From positions 574-64,573 of the forward strand of contig JAEHNX010000017.1 in assembly GCA_016292235.1 (NCBI GenBank): a stretch of 64,000 bases of DNA, written 5' to 3'. Position 1 is the first letter of the stretch; each line of letters starts with the position of its first letter. The translations under genes were made by a program, and so were the position numbers. Source of the DNA: Candidatus Thiothrix moscowensis. Lineage in GTDB: Bacteria; Pseudomonadota; Gammaproteobacteria; Thiotrichales; Thiotrichaceae. This document shows positions 9,263 to 18,097 of this stretch, in pieces. The notes under the pieces were generated by a model. The model worked only from the letters and a program-made list of their open reading frames with translations. It did not search any database and was not told the origin of the DNA.

Positions 9263-9660
9263 CACAGCGAAAACCGGAAGACAACCTTTTCTGGTTGTGT
9301 ACCGTTATCCAGCAGGAATCCCAGTACCCATTCACCCGGCATACTGAATTTCAGGCCATCAATGCGGTATGTGCCGTGTGTGTCGGTGGGAATGGCTTGC
9401 GGTGCGGTTGGCAGGCCGTGCCCGTGGGTCGGCATTCCGCCATCAACCGCCACCAGCAGGTTGGTAGGTAAGGCTTGTGAACTTTGCAGGATCAGCTTGC
9501 ATTCCTGAAATGCACCCGGTATCGGTGCAGAGGCACACGACAGGGTAGCCTGATACGTGCCTTTGTCGCTGGGCTGTTGCAGATGCCAGGCATGGTCGGG
9601 GTCTGCGCCACAGCCTGCCAGCAGCAGGCCAAGGGTCAGGGTGAGCAATGTTTTTGGCAT
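9262..9660 (-). CDS. YtkA/FixH-like lipoprotein, candidate copper chaperone
   Basis: Lipobox LAGC; DGGMPTHGHG and FSMPGEW motifs. Confidence 0.75.
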   Translation of the reverse strand: MPKTLLTLTLGLLLAGCGADPDHAWHLQQPSDKGTYQATLSCASAPIPGAFQECKLILQSSQALPTNLLVAVDGGMPTHGHGLPTAPQAIPTDTHGTYRIDGLKFSMPGEWVLGFLLDNGTQPEKVVFRFSL

Positions 9661-9683
9661 GGTTGTTTGCTCCTATCAGGTTT

Positions 9684-11999
9684 TCAGAAACGGTACTCGA
9701 AATAGGCCGGGTTTGCCGTAACATTCGGATAAGCGTCCTCTGCATCCCCTCCCAACGCACGGTTGTTACCATGGAACACGACCCGCAAGCGGGCAGGGTT
9801 GCCCAGCCAACTGCGCGGCAGGCTGAATTCGGCAGTTTGCCCGTTAATGGCGTAAGTGCTTGTACCTTGCTGTGTCCAGCTCCAGCTTGTGCCATCGCCG
9901 CTGTAACGCCACAGGGTGCTGCCTTCCAACAGGTATTCCGCCCCCACTGCACCACGCTGGTAGCCGCTGGCGGGGTTGCTGTCTGTATCCAGATAGACCT
10001 GATAGCCCCAGAAACCACTGGTGTTGACGTTGTTGCGGGTACGGTAGGCCAGCCACAGATTGCTACTATTGTGCGCCATCCAGCCTTCCAGCCAGTCAAG
10101 CGGGTTACTGGTTCCGCTGACATCGGCAGGGTCTGTACCGAATGAAGTCAGGCCGTTCCAGTCAGTGAGATTGCCGTCTGTTGTCAGGCTGCTGACCGGG
10201 TTGCTGACACCGCTGGTGCTGCCGCCACTGGCTGTATACATCTTGTAAGTGAAGTAACGGGTAGTAGCGCTATTGCTGAAAGCTCCATCCGGGTAGATGT
10301 CCTTGGCATCGCCACCAAACGCGATGTTGTTGCCCCAGAAAAACAGGCGCAATTCGGTACTGTTGCCCAGCCAGCTACGCGGGAAACTGAATTCTGCCAC
10401 GTTGCCGCTGACCTGATGGGTCAGGCTGCCCTGGTGTGTCCAGCTCCAGCTTGTACCGTCGCCGCTATAGCGCCACAGGTTGCTGCCTTCCAGCAAGTAG
10501 TCGGCTCCCAGTGCGCCGGTACGGTAGCCGGTGGTGCTGCTGGCATCTGTATCCAGATAAGCCTGATAGCCCCAGAAGCCGCTGGTATCAATCGTGCCCT
10601 TGGTCTTGTAGGCCAGATAGACACGGGAGGCGTCATTGGCCATCCAGCCTTCCAGCCAGTTGAGTTTGTTGCTGGTTCCACTGACATCATCCGGGTCAGC
10701 ACCAAACGAACTCAAGCTACTCCAGTCGGTGAGACTGCCGTTGACACTGATGCCGCTGCCATTGTTGGAAACCGTGCCGCCAGCAGGAGGTGGTGGCGGT
10801 GGTGGGGTGGTTGCGCCGGTTTCATTGCTGTCACTGAGTGGATTCCGGTTGTGCCAGTCACGCGGGGTGATGCGGAAATGTGTCCAGTGCGTATCCATGC
10901 GCGGGGCATCTTCGGCACGCGGCATGTGGTAGAAGGTGACGGAAGGCCACACCACCAGGTCTTGCCCGACCAGGCTTTCACCATTCACAAAGGTGCTCAG
11001 GTCAGCAGCGCAGCCATTGGTGGTCGGGTTGTGCGAGGCAAACAGCTCGCAATTTTTTTGCCGGGTGACGTAAAAGTCGTAATGGGTGAAAGGCTCACTG
11101 CTGGGGCCTTCGTCCTTTTGCCCGGATTCGTTCAACTGGATGTCATAGGAGATGGGCAGGTTCTTGCTGTTACGCAAGCTGGTATCCAGTACCCGCCAGA
11201 ACCGTAATTTGGCAGGATCCACATTGCGGGCGGCTTCCGTGCTGAAGCGGGTATGGGTGCGGGAAGTCTTGCCAGCAGTTTGGGTATGGTCGATTTCCTC
11301 CACCGCATCATCGTTGCTGGTTGCGCCCAGATCGAAATCCAGTTTCCAGAAAAAGTTGTGCAGGTGGGCAATGCCAACCTTGTTGCTTTCCAACAGCCAG
11401 CCATGTTGGGCGATACTAGCAGTGCCGAAGCGTTGCAAGGCTCCAGTTGCGCCCACACCCGGTTCGATAGCGCCATCATCCAGAAAACGCCATTCGGGAA
11501 TGTAGTTGTATGCGCCAATGGCTGACACGCTGAACAGGCTGAGGGCGTCACCCTGCAAGCGGTCAGCGTCGACGCTAAAGGCATCATCGCGGCTTGTCAC
11601 CTGTTTGCAGATGATGTTTTTGCCGAGGTAGGCGAGCCGTTCACCACCGGGGCATTCCTCGGCAGCTAGATCCTTGATGTAACCGCCACCCAGCCCATAG
11701 TCGGAAACATCATGGTAGCGTGCGCCGTTGTCATCGTAAGGTACGTGGATTTGCGCCATGGCTGCCTCGTGCAACACCATCTGGCGCGTGCCGTTGCGCG
11801 GGGTGTAATGGATGTGGTGCAACACCACGCCTTCCCGGTTGCGGTGTTCCCAGCACATGTCCCAGCGTGCCTGATTGGGCAGGGTGGTTTCGATGTAATA
11901 CGTATCAGCACAGAATTCAGCCGCCTGGGCGGGGATGCTGCCCAGCCCGGCAAGTGTCAGCAGGGCAGCCAGTGGATAACGGAAATGGTGCAGTTTCAT
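9684..11999 (-). CDS. Secreted copper amine oxidase-like catalytic (D4) domain with poly-Pro linker and two DOMON/CBM9-like repeats
   Basis: Signal peptide; VPYDD..RYHDVSDYGLG (Asp97), IGAYNY (Tyr164), HLH (212/214), YHMPRAED (His358), PRDW. Confidence 0.85.
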   Translation of the reverse strand: MKLHHFRYPLAALLTLAGLGSIPAQAAEFCADTYYIETTLPNQARWDMCWEHRNREGVVLHHIHYTPRNGTRQMVLHEAAMAQIHVPYDDNGARYHDVSDYGLGGGYIKDLAAEECPGGERLAYLGKNIICKQVTSRDDAFSVDADRLQGDALSLFSVSAIGAYNYIPEWRFLDDGAIEPGVGATGALQRFGTASIAQHGWLLESNKVGIAHLHNFFWKLDFDLGATSNDDAVEEIDHTQTAGKTSRTHTRFSTEAARNVDPAKLRFWRVLDTSLRNSKNLPISYDIQLNESGQKDEGPSSEPFTHYDFYVTRQKNCELFASHNPTTNGCAADLSTFVNGESLVGQDLVVWPSVTFYHMPRAEDAPRMDTHWTHFRITPRDWHNRNPLSDSNETGATTPPPPPPPAGGTVSNNGSGISVNGSLTDWSSLSSFGADPDDVSGTSNKLNWLEGWMANDASRVYLAYKTKGTIDTSGFWGYQAYLDTDASSTTGYRTGALGADYLLEGSNLWRYSGDGTSWSWTHQGSLTHQVSGNVAEFSFPRSWLGNSTELRLFFWGNNIAFGGDAKDIYPDGAFSNSATTRYFTYKMYTASGGSTSGVSNPVSSLTTDGNLTDWNGLTSFGTDPADVSGTSNPLDWLEGWMAHNSSNLWLAYRTRNNVNTSGFWGYQVYLDTDSNPASGYQRGAVGAEYLLEGSTLWRYSGDGTSWSWTQQGTSTYAINGQTAEFSLPRSWLGNPARLRVVFHGNNRALGGDAEDAYPNVTANPAYFEYRF
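9720..10751 (-). repeat. Two ~155-aa tandem domains in the amine oxidase-like protein
   Basis: Both carry G.L.DW, FG.DP.DVSGTSN, FWGYQ.YLDTD, YLLEGS.LWRYSGDGTSWSW, AEFS.PRSWLG (about 10284-10751 and 9720-10187). Confidence 0.9.
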
Positions 12000-12017
12000 G
12001 TGGGTTTCCTCCCTGCC

Positions 12018-13178
12018 TCAAAACGGGTTTTGCGAATGCCAGTCACGTGGCAGGAGCTGGAAGCTGCTCCAGACCGTGCCGATACGGTTGCTGTCTTCGC
12101 TGCGGGGCAGGTGGTGGTAACTCTGCTTGTACCAGACCACCACGTCTTGCTGGTTGAGGCTTTCGCCGTTCACAAACTGGCTGACATTGCCGGTGCAGCC
12201 GCTGGTTAGGTTGTTGGCAGCGTATTTTTCGCAGGCGTTGTAGCGGGTGAAGAAGACGTCTTGTGCCAGCCATGCTTCGTTGGCGCTGTTGGCGCGGCTC
12301 TGGTCGTAACGGGTCGGCACTAGTTCGTAGGACAGGTTGCCAACCGCTCCGTTGTTGAGGATGCCATCACGCACCCGCCAGAAGCGCTTGGTTTCCGGGT
12401 CGAAGGTGCGCCCGGTTTCCGTACCGACTGTGGTGATGGCTTTGGTTTTGCGCAGGCGGTCACTGCTGGGTGTGCTGGTGATTTCTTCCACCATGTCGTT
12501 GGCATGGGTGGTGTCAATGTCAAAATCCAGCCGCCACAAGGCATGGTCGGTGAAACCGGTGGCAATGTTGCCGCTTGCCATAGCAGGCCAACCGTACTGG
12601 CTGTTGCTGGCATTGACGATGGGCAACTCGCCGCTAAGACCTAGGGCGGGTTCAATCGTGCCGTTTTCGTAAAAGCGCCAGCGTAGCGTGTAATTGCGTG
12701 CGCCGATTTGTGACTGGCTGGCAAGTTCCCACAACTGCCCTTGTCGTTGGCTGGTGTACTTGTAGTGGTAGCCGTGGTCGCGGGTAGTGGCACACAGCAC
12801 GTTACGCCCGCCACTGGCGTGGAGTGTTCCACCGGGGCAAGCACTGGCAGGCAGGGTTTGCAGGTTGGTTCCACCCAACCCGGCTTCCGTGGTCAGGAAC
12901 AGCGGGGTGACGGAACCATCATCCAGCGCAGTTTCCAGTTGGGAAAGGCTGGCTTCACCCAGTACCCGGCGCTGGGCATGGGCAGGTGCTTTGTAACTGA
13001 TTTGGGAAAGCACTACACCTTCTGCCTGACGGGTAGTCCAGCACAGGTTCCAGCTTGCCCCGGAAGCGAAGGTTTTGCTGAGGGTTTGCCCGTTACAGGT
13101 ACTGGTGGGGGCAGCGTTGACGGGCGCTTGCCACCAGACCAGCAGGCAGAGTGTCAGCAGGGTATGACGGTATCGCAT
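12018..13178 (-). CDS. Secreted copper amine oxidase D4 paralog lacking catalytic residues
   Basis: Colinear with the 9684-11999 N-terminal part (EGVVL, CPGG, WRF.E.G.IEP, FWRV, FVNGESL, PRDW) but IGARNY, FTDH and no catalytic Asp. Confidence 0.82.
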   Translation of the reverse strand: MRYRHTLLTLCLLVWWQAPVNAAPTSTCNGQTLSKTFASGASWNLCWTTRQAEGVVLSQISYKAPAHAQRRVLGEASLSQLETALDDGSVTPLFLTTEAGLGGTNLQTLPASACPGGTLHASGGRNVLCATTRDHGYHYKYTSQRQGQLWELASQSQIGARNYTLRWRFYENGTIEPALGLSGELPIVNASNSQYGWPAMASGNIATGFTDHALWRLDFDIDTTHANDMVEEITSTPSSDRLRKTKAITTVGTETGRTFDPETKRFWRVRDGILNNGAVGNLSYELVPTRYDQSRANSANEAWLAQDVFFTRYNACEKYAANNLTSGCTGNVSQFVNGESLNQQDVVVWYKQSYHHLPRSEDSNRIGTVWSSFQLLPRDWHSQNPF

Positions 13179-13190
13179 GAGTGTTTCCCC

Positions 13191-13859
13191 CTAAAAACCG
13201 ATGTTCTGGGTGATCACACCCGCAGACAGGTTGACGATCGGGCTGATTTCAAACACCACCGAGTCAGCGGTGTACAGCAATACCTGGGCGCAGCGGTGCA
13301 AACCGCATTGCCGGGATGCGGCATTAAGCTGTTCCGGCAGGCTGGAGGCATGGAACACAAACGCCTTGACCTGAAGCTGCTGGTAGAGATCGGTGAGCGG
13401 TTGCCCGGTGATGCGGCGGAATTCGCGTTCCAGCAGGCTGCGTTGCTCGTCATCGGCAAAAATCAGGGCGGCAGCACGATGCAGCTCGTTGTCAGTCAGG
13501 GGCAATTGCAGGTTTTGCTGACGCTGGGTGGAAAGCACCTGATTGGTATCCAGATTGATGAGCGTGAGGATGGTTTCGTTGCTGCTGTAATCGTAGGTGT
13601 AAACGTCCGCCAGCCGTGCTGTTTGCCCCTTTTTGTTGGGGTGGCGCTCGACCAGTAGCAGTTCGGGAGCAGGCGTGGTGTTGACAGACAGGGAACGTTG
13701 GGTGTTGGCAGGGGAGGCAGCCGTTGCCATGCTGGTGGCGCGGCTGAGTTCGGCCGGGTTGAGGGGATCCATTGTGCCTGCCTGGGCAGACTGCAAGGCG
13801 GCAACCAGCAGGACAGATGCCAGTGGTAGCCAAGGTTTGAGGCAAAACAGTTTGTTCAT
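13191..13859 (-). CDS. Secreted protein resembling the copper amine oxidase N2/N3 domains
   Basis: Signal peptide; MDPLNPAEL, RLADVYTYDY...INLDTNQVLS, QLPLTDNEL..A..LIFAD; CGLHRC. Confidence 0.7.
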   Translation of the reverse strand: MNKLFCLKPWLPLASVLLVAALQSAQAGTMDPLNPAELSRATSMATAASPANTQRSLSVNTTPAPELLLVERHPNKKGQTARLADVYTYDYSSNETILTLINLDTNQVLSTQRQQNLQLPLTDNELHRAAALIFADDEQRSLLEREFRRITGQPLTDLYQQLQVKAFVFHASSLPEQLNAASRQCGLHRCAQVLLYTADSVVFEISPIVNLSAGVITQNIGF

Positions 13860-13982
13860 GACGAAAACCGTACAATCGTTATTTGGTTATTGGTACGGCG
13901 TTCAGTCTAGGGGGGGAGTAGGTGAGCCACCATCGCAGGCTTGCCCACCCGTTTGATTTTTATGATGGACGGTAAAATAAAT

Positions 13983-14459
13983 TTATTTGTTGTTGCCGGT
14001 TTCCGTTTTGGCAACATTGAACACCATCAGGACATTGCGCTTGGCATCCATCAGGTGTAACTGGTTGAGGATAATGCAGTACTGGTTGGCTTTGCCCAGT
14101 TCCTCGAAATAACGCTGTTCCAGTTGACCGCCTTCACCCATGCAGGCCATTTTGGTTGCACCGATCGGGCCTACACCAAACACGCCATCCCCACTGGCAG
14201 TGTAGCTGGCAAAGTAACGGTTGCAGCCGGAATAGCCCGCTACCCGGTCACTGTCAAAATTGATGGAGATGGGTGGGGCAAGTGTGAGCGTATCCTTGCC
14301 CAGTTTGTGCAGTTCCCACTGGGTTCCTGCCACGCTCATGGCGGGTTTGGGGTTGGCTTGGGTATCCAGATTGCTACACGCAGACACAATCGCCAGACCC
14401 AGCAAAACGATCAGGATTTGACCTGTCACGGATGACAGGAGTTTTTTTAGCATGGACAT
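13983..14459 (-). CDS. META-domain (HslJ-like) lipoprotein
   Basis: Lipobox VSAC; W.L, GYSGCNRYF, GPIGATKMAC, EQRYF. Confidence 0.88.
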   Translation of the reverse strand: MSMLKKLLSSVTGQILIVLLGLAIVSACSNLDTQANPKPAMSVAGTQWELHKLGKDTLTLAPPISINFDSDRVAGYSGCNRYFASYTASGDGVFGVGPIGATKMACMGEGGQLEQRYFEELGKANQYCIILNQLHLMDAKRNVLMVFNVAKTETGNNK

Positions 14460-14605
14460 ACACCGCTCCTCGTGGTTTTCTTGTTATGGTTATGGAGTTG
14501 CAAATAGCCGAAAAGTTGCAATTTAACCAGCAATCATGCGCCGCTTGCCTGTTTGGCGCAAAACAGGCTGACAAACTGCATGGTAAACGAATTCAGGAGG
14601 TCGTC

Positions 14606-14779
14606 GTGAGCAAGAATCCACAGGAAGCCCTGGGGCAACTACTGGCAAATACCCAAACCCTGCAACTGGCGACACTGCTCGCCCCGCTACTGGATGCGCT
14701 GGAACAGTGTTGCGGTAATGTGGTCAAGCTGTTGCACGGGCTGGGCGATTTGCAGCATATCGGGGCGGGGCAAGCCTGA
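14606..14779 (+). pseudogene. 57-codon internally deleted HutZ/HugZ-like (PNPOx-fold) remnant
   Basis: AGGAGG RBS plus GTG; TLQLATL, LDALEQCCGNVVKLLHGLGDL and GAGQA resemble separated HutZ segments; TGATG coupling to the next gene. Confidence 0.5.
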
Positions 14780-15537
14780 TGTTCCTGTTCAAAAAGCTGT
14801 TTTCCTCTTCCATCATGCCGTTGTCGCTGAGCTTTTTGCTGTTGCTGGGCGGTCTGCTGCTGTTGTGGCTGTCGCGCAGGCAGAAAACCGGCAAGGTGCT
14901 GGCGACGCTGGGTTTCCTGCTGTTGCTGGCGCAGGGCTATGGCTGGGGCTTTGAGTCTGCCTTGCGTTCACTGGAACGGGAATATCCGCCGGTCGTCGGC
15001 TTGCCTGCGGATGTACGTTGGGTGGTGGTGCTGGGCGGCGGTACGTCGTCGGATATGGCTTTGCCGTTGCATTCGCGTTTGAGTGAGGCTTCGCTGGCGC
15101 GGCTGGTGGAAGGTGTGCGCCTGTATCGGCAGCAAGCGGGGGCGAAACTGCTGGTGTCGGGTGGGCGCGTGTTCGGCTCCGGGGCTGATGCGGATGCAAT
15201 GCAGGCGTTGGCGGTGCAGTTGGGGGTGAATCCGGCTGATATTGTGCTGGACATGGATTCGCAGGATACCGAAACCCAGGCGCAGGTTATCTGCCAGCAG
15301 GTGGGAGCGGAACGGGTGGCGCTGGTGACATCGGCTTCGCACATGCCGCGAGCCGTGGGGTTGTTCCGGCAGGCCGGGGTGGAGGTATTGCCTGCGCCGA
15401 CCCATTACCTGGAGCAAAGCAACGCCGCTTTCAGCCCGACGGATGTGTTTCCTGATAGCGACAATTTTACCGAAGCGCAGCGGGCCGTGTATGAATACAT
15501 GGGGGTGATGTGGGCGAAGTTGCGCGAGCGCTGGTGA
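14779..15537 (+). CDS. ElyC/SanA/YdcF (DUF218) family envelope protein
   Basis: N-terminal TM segments; VVLGGG, RLVEG, VSGG, T..QA, LVTSASHMPRA, PAPT. Confidence 0.88.
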   Translation: MFLFKKLFSSSIMPLSLSFLLLLGGLLLLWLSRRQKTGKVLATLGFLLLLAQGYGWGFESALRSLEREYPPVVGLPADVRWVVVLGGGTSSDMALPLHSRLSEASLARLVEGVRLYRQQAGAKLLVSGGRVFGSGADADAMQALAVQLGVNPADIVLDMDSQDTETQAQVICQQVGAERVALVTSASHMPRAVGLFRQAGVEVLPAPTHYLEQSNAAFSPTDVFPDSDNFTEAQRAVYEYMGVMWAKLRERW

Positions 15538-15635
15538 CATTTCCCCATCTACTGTAATCCTGCCCTGACGCCAACCCGCGCTTTTTCTAGCACGCTCCGC
15601 TACAATCAGCACAACTTATCATCGCGGGTGTCCCC

Positions 15636-17272
<1,637 letters not shown>

Positions 17273-17276
<4 letters not shown>

Positions 17277-18079
17277 ATTCCAGCGATAAACCCCAATCGG
17301 CGGCATCTTGCTCCCTCCCCTCCTCGCGGGGGGAAGGGTTGGGGATGGGGGGTAACGGCGCAGCCGTGCCTGAAGGGATTTCCCTCCAACCCATCGGTAT
17401 CATTACTTCCCCCTACAAGGAAAAATTCGGCATTCCCCGCCAGCCCGGTCTGGTCACAGCGGCACAAGCCACCCTGAGCCTGTTGCCCCCCTACAACCAG
17501 CCCGAAACCGTGCGCGGCCTCGAAGGTTTTTCCCATGTTTGGCTCATTTTCGTGTTCCATGCGACCCAACAGCAGGGCTGGAAACCGACCGTGCGCCCGC
17601 CGCGTCTGGGTGGCAATGCCCGCATGGGCGTATTCGCCACCCGTTCCACTTTCCGCCCCAATCCCATTGGTCTGACGGTTGCCGGGTTAAGCAGCATTCA
17701 GGTGCAGGGGAGTAACATCACCCTGACGCTGCAAGGGGCTGACCTGCTGGATGGCACGCCCGTGCTGGATATTAAGCCGTATCTTCCGTATGCTGATGCG
17801 CTCCCGCAGGCACGCGCAGGCTTTGCCCCGCAAGCACCCGAGCTGCCGTTGCCGGTGCGGTTTTCCCCCCTTGCCAGCCAGCAATGTGCCGCGCAAGGGG
17901 CAGAACAGAACCTGCATTTGCGTCGCCTGATTGAGCAGATTCTGGGGCAAGACCCGCGCCCGTCTTACCAGCACGGGCAACAGGATGGGCGGGTATACGC
18001 CATGCGTCTGTATGAGTTTGACCTGCGCTGGCACTACACCGCTGACGGTATCGAAGTGCTGGAACTGGCAGGCATTTAA
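17273..18079 (+). CDS. trmO: tRNA m6t6A37 methyltransferase TrmO (TsaA)
   Basis: PIGII.SPYKEKFGIPRQPGL, FSHVWLIF.FH, GVFATRS.FRPNPIGLT, DLLDGTPVLDIKPY; GTG at 17273 behind AGGAG. Confidence 0.93.
17311..17352 (+). repeat. REP-like GC-rich palindromic element in frame within the trmO 5' end
   Basis: CTCCCTCCCCTCC-TCGC-GGGGGGAAGGG-TTGGGGATGGGGGG, translating as SLPSSRGEGLGMGG. Confidence 0.55.
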
Positions 18080-18097
18080 AACCACAACGAAGCCGAT

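Noticed and set aside
14496-14521. AGTTGCAA direct repeat with 18-bp spacing upstream of the HutZ-like relic
   Set aside because: Short, and no matching known operator; insufficient support.
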